A stretch of 63,428 bases of DNA, filler included, from Folioceros fuciformis (GCA_049999805.1; 8 parts of 8 records of this genome joined end to end with filler, not necessarily neighbours in it); one strand, 5' to 3'; positions 13,501 to 27,207 are shown, counted from the first letter of the whole stretch. The notes: generated by a model from the sequence alone, not told the origin. Numbers and translations are program-made.

Positions 13501-15010
13501 TTTGGTGATTGCTCCGTGCCAGTAGCAGCGACTGGAGGCTTTCCTGGGGTCGCAGAAGCATCCTGCTTGGCGGGGTCCTTGGAGGCAACAACCTTCCCGT
13601 CACCAGGAGGAAGTGCTGGTGTGGTGTCGCACCCTGGCTTTGCTTTTGCCTCCTCTACATCACTTGCTTCAACCACCTGTGACCGGAAGTTTTCAATGTC
13701 ATTCTCGTCGTAGTTGATCTCATTCAGAACTGCATTCCACTTGGTAGTATCCAGTAGATCCCATGACATCTGATGAACAGGGGTAAACGTCTTCCACTGA
13801 GCATTGTACTGCATGTTGACCCAGAGGTTACTCTGGCTCCACACCATTTCAACGCCATAGTAGGGGGAATTCACCAAGCTGTACGTCAACCCTGTTGACG
13901 GCTCTACGAAGAATTTCTCCATCATCTCCCGTTTCCCAGGTCCGATCATCACCCAACAGTGAAGCCTTCTTTTATGCAAAATGTCTTTCACCTCGGGATC
14001 ATTGGGATCCTCCTCCTTGCTATCGGAGCTGGGTGCAGTTGCATTCTTGTAGTCCTCCTGTCGGTGAGCCATGGCAATATGGTCTTCGCTGTGGTAACGC
14101 TCACGTACGAACTTGATCAACATGTCCTGCTCTTCACTCAGACCTTCTTGCAGATCATCATCACAGTTAGCTCTGAAGTTTCCAATGTAGTTGGACACCA
14201 CCTTATCTCTCGCCTTCTTCTGATTGCCCAGATACGTCGCATCGAAGATTGGAACATTCTTGAGAAAGTATTTGGTCTTGGCCTGACAGATTGCAGAATC
14301 CAGGCTTTGAGATCCTGTCGTGCCCTTCACTTCAACAAAGGGCTTGTAAAACATACCGGTGGTGGAACTACGGGCTTTGGTGGAGTGGGTAAGCGCATGC
14401 GGGGAGGCGGTACATGCTTGAACGCTATCTTCTCCTGGAAGCCATCCAAGTTTTGTGTTGTGAGCAGGAAGTCCATGTGGTTATCGATAAGGGCGTGGCT
14501 GAGCAAATTGTCGACGACAGGGCCCTGGAAGGCAGATCCTCACCTGTTTCATCTTGGTTATGAATATTGGGGCATAGCCAGCTACACAGTATGCATGGTA
14601 TCCAACTCCGGTGAGAAGAGACACCAATGTCATGGCAAAGTCGAAACAATCACCACGTTGCCACTGCTCCGTAACAAATTCACTGCGCTATCAGTTTAAC
14701 ATACAACTAAATCAAAACAAAGAAAACATTAACGTAGTATGCACCTTAATCACGGTGGAGGGTGAAGGGAGCCATGTTGGAAACCGAGTAGGAATGTCAA
14801 GCTGCTCGTAAGTTAGAAAAGATGATATAAATTGACAACAAGTCGTCCAATAAAACAATTCCGTGTATTCGAGTTGTGAAGGTCTAATCGTGTTACAAAG
14901 AAACTTGATAATGCCACACTCGTTTGGTACGCTAATCCATAGCGTCTTCCTTGTGGGATACAGCTGTGTGAACTGCAAAGAATATGAAGAATATGTCAAC
15001 CTCTGAACAA
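10600..15010 (-). CDS. DRC7: Dynein regulatory complex subunit 7 (CCDC135), multi-exon, 5' end missing
   Basis: FTQLYPTRKTLWISVPNECGIIKFLCNTIRP..YTELF.W..CCQFISSFL; transglutaminase-like QRGDCFDFAMTLVSLLTGVGYHAYCVAGYA, RLHCWVMI, FFVEPSTG, YYGVEMVWSQSNLWVNMQ; LPPSWV; IDFHYEDGRIT; ACLGALKDRLINRAAIIQ; KYSELDTRLKNDPRL. Confidence 0.9.
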
Positions 15011-15245
15011 TGAAATAAATTTTAAATGATATATTCCTTTTATACATATTCTTACTCTTTTTCGAAAGTTTTTGGCATGTTGTAAGACTAAGCTTTCTCT
15101 TTTCGTTGTCATGCGATATGATGGTGGAAATTGGGCAATCTGGTCCATTCAAAACTATAGTCATGTTTTGCAAATGATTTCATACCATGTTGAATTTTCT
15201 GAAAAACGATAATGTTTCATGCCTGCGTCTCGTCTAAATTTTCTA

Positions 15246-15345
15246 NNNNNNNNNNNNNNNNNNNNNNNNNNNNNNNNNNNNNNNNNNNNTTAATTAATTA
15301 ANNNNNNNNNNNNNNNNNNNNNNNNNNNNNNNNNNNNNNNNNNNN
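15246..15345. other. Artificial contig linker
   Basis: N44-TTAATTAATTAA-N44. Confidence 0.98.
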
Positions 15346-15900
15346 GAGGAGAAGGAGGCTGAGGAGCTGGAGTGAGTTGAGAAGAAGAGAGTAAGGACTG
15401 ATTTTTGTCCATAGCTGACAAGAGGGGGACGAATCCACCGCTGCTAGAGTGGAGGGAGATTTCCTCCTTCCCTTATTCCCTGAACCATCAGCTGCGTGCT
15501 GAATCTGGTGAGGAGAGAGAGCTGGAAGACTGAAGAGAACCGTGGAAGATTGTTGGAGGAGATTTGCTGAGAAATCGTTGAGAAATTGCTGGGTGATTGT
15601 TTGCTAGAGGTTTGGACGAGATTGCTGGGGAATTTCTTAGGAATTCCTGGATGTTTGTGGAGGACTAAGAGAGGTTGCTGAAGTCGCTGGAAGAGTTGGA
15701 ACGTTGCTGAAGAACTAAAGAGAAAACGGCTGAGAAGATTGCTGGAGAGTGGGGGAGGAGTGCTGAAGATTTGATGTGAGTCGTGGAGAATTTCTACGAG
15801 ATTTCGAGGTGTCTGTGAGTGGCTGTGGGAGCTTGTTGAAGCTCATGAGGGATTGTGGGAGATTGTTGAAGATTTGCTGAAGATTGGTGGACAGTGTTGG
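15346..15900. repeat. Purine-rich degenerate short-unit repeat (gagatt(t)gctg-like), probably from a TE untranslated region
   Basis: Recurrent gagatttgctg / gaaattgctg / gagattgctg / gaagattgctg words with strong G+A skew. Confidence 0.5.
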
Positions 15901-16486
15901 AGATTGAGACCCTTGGGGGGCAGACCTGTGAAAATAACTATGATCCAGAGCTCTTGTGCGTGTGGAATGTTGCATGAGTGTGTGGGGAGGTGTGGCTGAT
16001 CCGCAAGGATTTGTTCCCCAAGGATCAGCCCTTACATGTGTGGGGAGCATGGAATAAGCCAGCTTTGTGAGTCTGGAAGGTCTAGGGCAGAAACCTATGG
16101 GTCGAAACCCGCGGCGGCGTCTGCGTTGGAAATAATTAGTTAGGGTTTGGGGTGGGACCCACCACGGAGGTAGCCAAAGCGGCTACTTGTAGTTGAAAGA
16201 TGACGGAGGTAGCCGAAGTGGCTACCGGTAGTTGAGCCCCTACCTCGGTAGTTGACGGGTAAGTAGTACTAGAGACCCCCACCCCAGTAGCCGAGTAGGT
16301 CTGTCCGGTAGTCCAGGAACGGAGGTAGGGGTAGTTGAACCTGTAGGTAGTGGAGCTGGGGTAGTTGAAGTCCAACCTAGGTAGTAATTGACTTTTAGAA
16401 GAAACCTGTGTTATTTGACACAAATCATTCCCTTGGGATCGAATCACAGTACATGGCCAATCCTGGCCCCCGTCACTAGACATTAG

Positions 16487-17070
16487 GCAAGAGGTCTCTC
16501 AGGTATATGAAAGGTAGCTCCACTCTTGGGATTTGCTATGGAGGTAAACAAGTTTCCAAAGAGCAACATCAGCTTTGTGGGTGGTCAGATTCGGATTGGG
16601 CTGGCGACACTGACTCAAGGAGGTCTACTACTCGATACATCTTCACCCTTGGTGGCGGTGCAGTCTCCTAGCGCTCTTGCAAGCAATCCACTGTGGCGAT
16701 TTCGTCCACTGAAGCAGAATACATGGCTGCTGCTGATGCAGTCAAAGATTGCCTCTTCATTCGTATGCTACTTGCAGAGATTGGCTTCCCGTACTCCGGA
16801 CCTACTCCGCTCTTCAGCGACAACCAAAGCTGCATAGCTCTAACTCATAATCCTCGGTTTCACGATAGGAGCAAGCATATTGCTCTTAGGCACCACTTCC
16901 TGCGCGAGAAGGTTGAAGCTGGAGAAGTTGCCTTGCGTTTCTGCTCCACCGTTGATCAATGGGCAGACATGCTGACCAAGGCTCTTCCTCAAACCAAGCT
17001 TGAAGCCTGCTGTGTAGGAGTTGGTCTCGTTTCTACATCATCGACTGTTTCGATGAAGTGGGGGTGTTAG
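16487..17070 (+). mobile_element. Ty1/copia retrotransposon 3' fragment: RT end, RNase H, PPT and start of the 3' LTR
   Basis: LRYMKGS..LGICY; GWSDSDWAGDTDSRRSTT; KQSTVAISSTEAEY; LFSDNQSCI; FHDRSKHI; QWADMLTKAL. In-frame TAG at 16669-16671 replaces a conserved Trp. Purine tract gatgaagtggggg is followed by TGTTAG at 17065. Confidence 0.92.
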
Positions 17071-20000
17071 AATAGCTGACACATTAGCCTAGTTTACTTC
17101 ATCCAAACAGCACTGCACACTACTCTTCTACACGCACCTAATGACACACACTTGTTCAACATTTCCCTTCGTGTCATACACCCTGCGGCGGGTGCTACTC
17201 CTAATTTAGTTCTTTCCTATGCTCTTTTGATTCCTACACATCATTACACAGCCGGCACAATCTAAGATGTTGGATCTGCGCCAGGGCTTATTTGAACTCA
17301 GTTCCACGCTATTTTGACAGCCTTATGAGCGATGCAAATTGCGGAGACTTTGTTTATGTCAATGGACATTGTCTCTGTACACTTCCAAATGCTTAGCTTC
17401 AATGGCTTTGATTGTAAATCATTGTGGTCGTGAAAGGGGAAGAAATGCAAATGATGCATTCGTGCTCCTGGACCCTTCGTTTGACAAGATCTCAGGAAGA
17501 ACTCCATATCCAACTTATCCTTGCGAGTAGGTGATGTGACCTACAGCGCCAAGGCCGCTATGGAAGCATAGTGCAAGGGAGTTGTGTTGTGTGCTAGGAT
17601 GCCCTTGTTCTGGATGGCCCTTTCAGTCCTCCGAGCCCTGCTACATATCCCACTCTTCTTCTACTAGTGCCATGGCTTGTGCAAGAGAGCTAGGGACAAC
17701 GCTTTGACATTTGCTGCCCTGAACGATCGTGGAATTAGAGGAATGCAGACCTGGGGATCTTGGTACCTAATGTCTGGTGGTTGGAAGGATGGTAGAGTTT
17801 TGCGGAAGCTGGATGCGGATGCCAACTTGCTAGCCCCATCCTCCGACATCGATACTCATCTTGAAGTTCCAAAGGGGCAGCATTGGCATGGTTGATGTTG
17901 TCACGCTCTATGTAGAGCAATCGTGTTAACGTGTTCAATCTCTAGGACTTGACCACATGCGTGTGTAGGGCTGGATCTTGACCAATTGGGCATGGTAGGC
18001 ATCATGATCTGAGGATCCCACACGGTGGGATTTGGATATTGCTTTCAGGAACCCCTCTTCAGCACCACCATGGACATCGTCCACCTGGACCTCTAGGACT
18101 CTAAGCCACTAGCGCCAACGCATTGCTCGAAACCGGGCCCGAGCTACCGTCAAATTCATAGCGAGGGCCTAGATAGCAAAATTGCAAAGCCCGGCCTGCC
18201 ACAGAGCCCGACGGGGGGCGATGCCATGTCTACCATAGAGGCACGCTTCGGCAAGGCTACTCTGCGATCCAATGCTGGGCACATTGTTGGACAATGACCC
18301 AATCAACTGAGGGAAAGGTCACCACTACAATAGCACAGAATGGTTATCGGGGATTTTTCTTTGCAAGAACGAACCCAATGGTGACAGCGCTGGTATCCAT
18401 CCCAACTGAGTGTGGTAGGGTGAGCCATCAAAGCCAGCATCTTGGAAATCCAGTGGCAGGATTTTCCAAGAATGCCCTCAGCCGACATGAGGGTGGAGGT
18501 TCTCTCCCCTCCCTAGGTAAGTCGTGGGTGTGGTCGCCCTTAGTTAGCAGGGGTAAACCTTGGTGTTGGAGTCCTTGGAAGTACCTACTACCCAACACGG
18601 GGTGGCCTGAACTTCGCTAGCTGGAAGAAAGAACTAGTTCGTTGGCTAGACATAGTGAATGTAGAAGCTAGAGGAGGGTGTATTGGGATGGAGACATTTC
18701 TTTCCTTCTTTCCTACCCCCCAAGTACAAGTAGTACATTACATAACTACATGAGGCTTCTTTGACTCCAATCATTGGTAATCTCTTTTACATATCTAACC
18801 ATGAAGTTCACAAGCAATTTAAAATTTTGAATTGAAAGGAGGGGAGATCCCATTCACCCCAAAAATGAGGAGGAATAACTCCAAGGGGACCAAAGGCCAA
18901 GAATTCTTTGTATTTTTTTGGAATGGGAAACACAAATAAAAATAAAAAACCAAAAAACAAATGGAGATATTTATTTGTTCAATCATTTAATATAAATGAT
19001 ATAAAGTAATAATAAAATAAATAAATAACCTTTAAATCCAATATAGGCCACCTTTTTAAGGATTAAGGATGTTTATGATCTCTTTTAAGTGTAATGCATC
19101 AACTTTGGTAGTCTTGAAATATCATGACACAATAATGCATTATTGTATCATGAACTTCAAAATTTCTCATTTTTTCTGAATTATACTTCTTTAACAGCTT
19201 ATCAATATTGGTTATGTGAGCCTTTTTCATAAAATGCATGTACAACCTCACAACCCATTGTACCTTGGTTTAAAATTTGTGTGTAATTTATAAAGTCTTG
19301 TAATACACTTCATCCTTATAGCTAATAATATAACCATGTCTTTGACTCATAAAATCATGTTACACCATAGAGTAAAAAATGGTGAAGAACTTAGATTTCT
19401 TTTGAACATATCACAATTTTTTTTCCTTCAATATAAATAATTTTTTATACCATTTGCTATCAAATTTGAAGTAAATTATGTTGCATTCATATCCTTACAT
19501 TCATATAGAAAGTTTTTAAGTACGTTGTTATCGGTATTCATACGTTGGCGGTTCATTTTAAATGCCTAAAAGTCAAGATAAAAGCATGAAAAATAAAAAG
19601 TATTGTGTTCAAATTTTTTTCAAATTTTATGTGCATAGCAGTCTCATGTTTGTTTAAGTACCTTCATTGAGCACTGTCGAGCAATTTCTAATGATTTATA
19701 ATCTTTAGCATGTAAAAATTGAGCCTTTGTCTCGGAAATTCCAGTATACTGCAAATATTATAGACAACTATAATATGTTCAGATGTTATGTTGTACATTG
19801 TTACCATCAAAAGATATTTTCTATGATTGAAAAAGATATGGAAAGTCCCATCTACTCCAAAGATTGGAGGAACAACTCCATTAGGGCTAAAGGCAAAAAG
19901 AGGTACTCTCCCCTACAAATATTATCATCACCATCATGATCTTTGAAAACAACAAAGTAAGTAAGTACCTGAGAGAGGGGTAAATGTCCCTCATTTGAGA

Positions 20001-23000
20001 ATTTGTTATTTATTGTATCCTTATTTAAATTTGCTGCTGGGTCATATGCTCGACGCACTATTCGTATACCTCTAGGATGATATTCATCATAAAAATGTAT
20101 TTTTCCACAGATTACATCTCGTTGCACAACTGTATTGGAAAGAATGATAATATGTACAATCATTAATCTTGAGAAATTCTAAACTCAAAAGTAACTAGTG
20201 GAACATCTTCATGCATACATACACAACAACCCATGGTGATAGGACATTTGATAGAGTATGATTAGTTGTATTTACCTGTATCATACTCATGGCCCATACA
20301 AGCGCATACTCGACTTGATCGTCTACTGGATGAAGAGCAACAATTGCATATACAGCCCTAAGGAAAAAGTTGGTACAATCAATATATGAGAAATATAAGG
20401 AAATAGCCTGCATATTTAAAAAAACATGCATGGGAAGCATGAGTTATGTTTTTTTTACTTACACAACCATTGATATGTGAAATATGGCCTTCTGGGATAT
20501 AACGTAATCCTCCCGGTTTATATAGCTCTATGCATTGACAATTGGTAATGATAAATAATATAGATAGGTATTTGAGTTAGATGATATAGCTCAAATTTTT
20601 AGCCTATTTTGAGTTTATAGAATTTGAAAATAGATTTTACATTCCTTGTTAATAGTTAGTTCCAATAAAAAAAAATCACTTACTATAATCTCCTTGATCG
20701 TACGCCAATTCTTGAAGAGCGTATGGAGTTGTAAGGGACCGAAATTGGTTCTCTGGTTTCATGGAGACTCTCATGAATTACTTCTATAATCCATCTCATC
20801 ATAATTCAAATTTAAAAACCTATTAAATAAATCACTGTCTAATATTTTTGAAGACAAAATAATTTGAATTTATTAGAAAGTTTCATTTGAAACCTTTTGA
20901 AGATGAGCGATTTATAGATTGATCGATAACATGTGCTTTCAAAGGCCATGAAAGTTGAATTGTAGGATGTAACTCTTGATACTCTTCGACTGACTTCTTC
21001 AATCTACTATAATTTTTCTGTTGTATGTATATAAGGAATTTTTTTTAATCATGTATATAAAAATTGAAGCAACTATTAAAATCCATTTAAAATATCCATA
21101 CTATAAAAATTTTCAATCTTCATTTGTAAGAGTACCTGGTATACTTCAGGAATGAAGGAATAAGGCTCACTTAAGTGCTTGAAAGGTATCAGCCATTGGT
21201 CTGATCGCTTAGCAACCATAGCCCTAGAAGAGTGCCATTTCTTTTCAGATGATTCACTAGTTGGAATGTACCGATGGATTGGTTTCCAAATATGTGATAA
21301 GCTTGTCTTTTCACCAATATATTTTCTGCATGGCTTCCAACTAGATATAATGTAAGGTTTACCACATCTTGGATACCCAACTTGAATGGAGGGCTTCCAG
21401 TTTTCATGATATGTAAGAGGAGGTTTAACATGTCTTCTACTAGGCCTCCACTATTGACACATGTCAAACATTTTGTTGCTTGTTAATCATATAGTGCATT
21501 AATATCTATTCTACTTAATTTAGATTACGGACATAGGATATTCTGTACTAAGTATAAATCATATTTGCATCCAAGCTCTTAAATACCTGTATCTCGGGGG
21601 TTTTTTTTTGTTTCACGACTTCGAATTGTTCGATACAAGGTCTCCAAGTGTCCTCATAACCATGAATTTGAAAATCTGCAAAGTGCTGGCGAACTGATGG
21701 TATCCACTGGTCATCATAACATAATATCCATCTAAGGATTTGTAAGTATTATGAAGCAAAATATTTAGTAATTTTTCCCAAAAAACATTGTGAAAAGTCA
21801 TATTTGGTAACCATATTATGATTTGAATGGCCTTGTAACATGTAAATGAATTAATTTTCTTAGCATAAGTAGTAGAATTCAAATTATATGCAATGAAGAA
21901 CATAATACTTCCATGAATACATCTATAATGAGTTAAAATTCTTTAAAAGATTTGAACTACGGTGAATAAACATAACAATAATCTATTTTTACAAGTCTTC
22001 ATGTTACATTTTTTGCATTTTTTTCAATTTCTTATGATTTCTACCATTAGAAACCATAGATTAGTCTAATGTTATGAATCTTAGATTGGTTGCCATGTAT
22101 TTAAATGTGTCTTCTATATGGAAGATATTAGACTCTGTTTGTACTCTTGTTATTCAACTTCTTTTTTGTAGAAATGATAGTTGACATGAATATTTGCACA
22201 TTAATGTAGTCTGCCATTGGGACAAAGAGATGCTCAGTAGTAATCAATCTAATTCCTCCAAGGCTGTTCGCTAAAAAATGAATTTATAATGAGACATTGT
22301 TAAACATTTGTATTCAACAACAGCTTGTTAACAACCAGCTTCATAAGAAATACATCATGTGCCTAGATATTGCTCTTTTTTTTTTTAAAGGTTAAAAGTA
22401 TTCAAAGTGTGACATTTATCTAATACGTATTAATGAGAACAATTATATTTGTGAGTATGATGAATTTTATCATGCATGAACTAAAAAAGGGTTACCTTAG
22501 GCCTTCGAGCACTAGAAAACATTGTTGTCTTCTCCTTACATGGTGAAGACTTATATTCATACTTTGAGCTTGATTTTGGATTAGAATTTGTTACACAATT
22601 TTTAGTATTTTCATAAGACATGCCCATGACTTTTGGGTTTTTGGTTCTCTATACTTTTTTCGAAAATTGTTTCTATAGTTTTAATTTATTGAGAATAAAT
22701 ACTAAAGCTATCTTAGAAATAAAATAATGAGGCAAACTACACCACTACTCATAGCATAAAGGTTTCTTGAATTCAAAGAGAGTCCATGTCCTCAAACATT
22801 ATATTAGTAATAATGTAAATTAAATGAAACATAAGTTTTCTTAATTTCAAGAAAAAAAAAACAATTCAAGTAATCAAACTCATGGGGAGTAAAGCTTAAA
22901 CCAAGCACAAAGCTTTCTTCAAACTCATGTTTTGAAATATGATACTCATAGGATTCTTCATTATGCTATATTTTTCAAGTACAATTTTAGCATGCATAAG

Positions 23001-23894
23001 ATAGGTAAATACACTTATGTTGTTCTACTAGGCAAGACATGTTGTTCCAATTATCATACAGTATGTTTCTTGCATACAAGTCTTATAGAGATTAAAAACA
23101 AATGAGGAGACTTTGTAAATATGTTGAGATGAGAAGTCTCATCAACATTTGGGGGGATGAGAAAAACCCTTAAGAAAGGATCGAGAGGGTGAGGGCCTCT
23201 GGATGTCTACTTTGAAGCTACCTAGCATTGAGGCAATATGTCATAGTCTACAATATGGAAAGGTCTAATACTAACCACCAAAGTTGAGGATGCTAGTCTA
23301 CCATTTAAAGTATTTTGAGAAATATTTCAATAAAAAAAATCACCACTATCTTGACTATAGTTAGGGAACGCAAGCAAGGTGTAGGAGGGCAAGGCTAGTA
23401 GAACATGGGGAGGCAAGGCAAGGACGAGGTAGGCAAGGTGTGGGAGGGTAAGGTAGGTAGGGTGGGAGGAGGGGAGGCAAGGTGGGGTTTTCTAATGTAA
23501 TTTAATTTGAATATGTTTTAAGGTAGTTTGGTTTGGTTTTATTTTATTTTAACACATTTTAATTTTGCACCTTTTTCTCTTTCTTTTTTTATTTTTTCTC
23601 CTTTCTATATTTTATTACGGGGTTTTTTCTGCTCCTTTTGTCTTTTTCTTCTCTTCCTTGGGATGTTTCCTTTAGGTCATGCAAAGGGCACTCCAAGCTC
23701 TATGTATGTGAATTTGTTCAAGCCTTTGAGTGTGATGAGCTATATTAGTTGGGTCCAAGCGATTTGACTCCTTAGGAAGCCAATTGAGACTCACATCTAC
23801 TTCTTCCATTGCTACCTTCAACACCTTCTATGGCAGCTCTACGATGATTTATGCCTGTTATCGCCTTTCCTTGGGGTGCTTGGCACAAAACCCT

Positions 23895-25740
23895 TGTGAT
23901 AAAGTAGCATGGGACTTATTTCTTTTTCTTCCTATGTGGTGCCTTTGACCCTTTACAAGAAATTTTTCTATACACTATGAGATCTCTTGCTGCCTTCGCC
24001 GATTTTGGGCAAGGGACTTTGAGGTCTTGTAAGAGGAGGCAAGCTATGCGATGAGGTCTAGGTTGGCTTCTACTAAGAAGGAAAATTTTCAGTTGGGCCC
24101 TACAAAGGCACATCTAATGAGATGTTGTTTATGGGGGTCAGGTTGGAGAATATTCCTATGCCACTTGGGCGCTCCACCTAGAGCTAGTGGCACCTACTTC
24201 TAAGGAGACTATTGCTACCCTTTGAGCTCTTCATCTTGGTTTAGGGGGCTCCATCTTGCAAGACATTTAGGAGTATGTCCCTTATGCTACAAGCAACAGG
24301 GTACCAGACCACGGAAGCGTGTTGGATTTCCCATTGAGCTATCTTGGGCAACGTGCCCATTCTTGTACCCCACGCCCAAGTCTGCTTGGCCACGTGCTCT
24401 TTATTCCTAGATTAACCTAACGAAGTTGGTTAGCATCCCTCATGTTAGCTAAACCTAGTTCTTCTAACTACAATGACCTAAGTGTAGTAGACTTGACTCT
24501 ACGCACGCCCTAACTTGCTCCTTGCCTCCCTCGGCTATGGAGTCCATCTAGTAGTTCATCAGGTAGCTAGCCCTTGTCTATTGTCCAATTACGGTCCTCA
24601 TCATGACATTCTCCTCCTTCCACTCAACAAGGATCAGTAGGGCCTTGCTTTCCATCACCTGTCATGGAGTTTGTGAGATGCTGGAAGGCTTGAATAAATG
24701 TCTCATTCTTCCAATTGGGATCCACACTGTGATCCCCTTCCCATCTTACGAGGAACTCCCTTACTATGCATCCTCACAATGCCCTCTCTCTCACGTCCAA
24801 GATCTCAACATCTCCAAGCTTGAACTTGCGACATGTTGGATGCATGATGGGCTCTCCCTCCTCCTTCCTCTGTCCAGCTTGCTCATGCGCTGGCAAGGGA
24901 GGGTCATTGGTGCTCAGCTGCTGGAACTCTGGCTGTTGCACCGTTCTTCCTTGAAGTGACTTTGCCATTACAGCCCCTACACTCTCTAATGCTTGGTTGG
25001 GCTGCTCTTCAAATAGGAATTGATTTTGTGGGCGCCCTCCCACAAATCTCTTGAGCAGAGATAAATGGAAGCTATGATACATGTGCTAGTGGCTTGGCAG
25101 ATCCAACTTGTAAGCAACATTCGAAATCTTTTGGATTAGTACGAAAGGCCCCACATGCCGGTACGCTAGCTTTGGCTTGCCTTCTTGTAGTTGAAAGCAC
25201 CAATTTGGCTTGACTTTGAGCCACACCAAGTCTTTTAGTTTGTATTGCACGTCTCTCCTTTTCTTATTAGCTTGGATTGTTCTTAGATAATTGATGTTTT
25301 GCATGCGCTGAACTGCATCCTTCAAGACATCATGGATCTCCTCACTCAGCTTAGTCATGGCTTTGGTTCTCCACCTATCACTAGCCACAAACCTAGAGGG
25401 GGGAGGTTCTTACTGTGGATCATCTTGAAAGAAGCATACCCAGTGGCCAAGTGTCTTTGGTGAGTTATATGCAAACTCCACCATGGGCAATACCTCCTCA
25501 CATTTGCTTTGTCAATCGTGACAATATGGCCTTAACAAATCCTCCATTATTTGATTGAGCTTCTCATTGGCCCCGTTCATTTGTGCATGATAAGTGAAGC
25601 TCAAGCACTACTTAATTCCCAATGACTTGCAGAAGGACGTCCTAAATTCTAATGTGAATTTGGAGTCCCTAAAACTCACTGTTTCTTGCAGCACTCCATG
25701 TAGCTTGGCCATGTCCTGCTTCAAGAAGTCTTGCCCTTCC
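23895..25740 (-). mobile_element. Decayed Ty3/gypsy chromovirus: integrase core, GPF/SH3 region, chromodomain, PPT and putative 3' LTR
   Basis: KLHGV...VSFRDSKFT.EF..SFCKSLGIK; NQIMEDLLRPYC; LPMVEFAYN; VGPFVLIQKISNVAYKLDLP; YHSFHLSLLKRF; chromodomain EILDVRERAL*GCIVREFLVRWEGDHSVDPNW. PPT gagtggaaggagagaa is followed by TGTCATG at 24608. The LTR end near 23895 (..TATCACA) is tentative. Confidence 0.85.
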
Positions 25741-25792
25741 ACATCTGAACATAACCCTAGACATCTCTAAACACATATGTATTCTATATATA

Positions 25793-25892
25793 NNNNNNNN
25801 NNNNNNNNNNNNNNNNNNNNNNNNNNNNNNNNNNNNTTAATTAATTAANNNNNNNNNNNNNNNNNNNNNNNNNNNNNNNNNNNNNNNNNNNN
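25793..25892. other. Artificial contig linker
   Basis: N44-TTAATTAATTAA-N44. Confidence 0.98.
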
Positions 25893-27105
25893 GGGGAGAA
25901 GAAGAGAGGTGGTCGGCTGTGGGGGAGAGGGGATGGACAGGGTCCAAATTAGGTATAACTTGGTGCCTAGTAGAGTGGTGGCTTACAAATAAGTCTGTAG
26001 GCCACCAACTTGTTTTATGACAAACATTGAGGCTAGGGTGCGAGAGCAAGATGTTGTGGTGGATGGAAGTGACAACATATGGGGAGAAAGAGGTTTCTCA
26101 TTAACCCCTTTTTGCACTTAAAGGTTATTTTCTATGCTAAAAATCCGAACAACAAACAATCATTTTGAAGAGTTTAAGTTTTTTATGTAAATAAAAAAGT
26201 ATAATTAATTTTATAGTAATCCTAATCTTGAGGCTTTGATGCAAGAAGGATCATTACCAAAGTTTGGCCCGAATATAGATGGTTAGGATTTTTGTCTAAC
26301 ATACTCAAATTTTAGTGCACAAATAAGTCTTTCATTTATTATTTCTAAGACTACTCTTCCTCTTAGATTTCTATTGAAGCTATCTCTCACACTTCATTAC
26401 CTTATGCTCTTGATCCACTTGTTGTGCTAGAATAAGGTAGGTCTCATTTATATGTGGAGCCCAATATGAGCCAAATATCTCAAGATACAAAACATGCCAA
26501 AGGTTCTCACAACTTATTTATAGCTTAGGTCATAACACGAAAGAGAGTACTAGCATAGATGAGCCAACCTAGCTATTCAATAACCTAATATAATTTAAGA
26601 GTGAGGACTATATAAGGCCTTCCCCACCACCTAGGTGTGAGTGGGGTGTTAGTGTGTGCTGAGGTCCTAGTTCCTAGAGTGCTTAAAGCACATATAACGC
26701 TTTATGTCCATAATGCATGTCCCATATAGCGTGGAATTATTATGTTCCCTTTCAAAATTCACTAATGAGAGTAAATAAAAGTTTGAATCTAGTGGAAACA
26801 TTTTAAAAGACATGTAGTGGAAACATACTGCTTATATTTAGTGCTAATCCCCCACATCTTTCATATCCTTGTAAGCTTTGTTCCATAGTCATGGGATGGA
26901 TAAATTTTCGCGGATGGATAAATTTTCTCGTCTCTTTTGCAAAATAAAGACTCCCATTCCCCTCCCCCAATAAAACTCTCTACTAGTACTAGGGCCTGCT
27001 GCACTGCTAAGCCTACTCTACTTGCTAAGTTTGCCCATGGTTGGGAAACGTGTTTGGGTTGCAGGTCCGAGGGTCCCTGTAGGTACGCTACGTTGATAGC
27101 GAGCG

Positions 27106-27207
27106 GGACTGCAGCCCCGGTGGTCCAAAGCCCTGAATAAATTAATCGTGGACGGGGAGGACTGCAGCCCCGGTGGTCCCAATCCCTGGATAAACTAATC
27201 GTGGACG
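27106..27207. repeat. 53-bp direct tandem duplication
   Basis: ggactgcagccccggtggtcc.aa.ccctg.ataaa.taatcgtggacgg at 27106 and 27159. Confidence 0.85.

Noticed and set aside
13959-14699. 246-aa plus-strand ORF with hydrophobic stretches
   Set aside because: Antisense shadow of DRC7 exons.
17300-18660. GC-balanced stretch with short ORFs between TE fragments
   Set aside because: Probably TE-internal, but no diagnostic motif was found.
26637-26660. PPT-like gtgagtgggg followed by TGTTAG as another LTR boundary
   Set aside because: No adjacent pol sequence or matching LTR end is visible.
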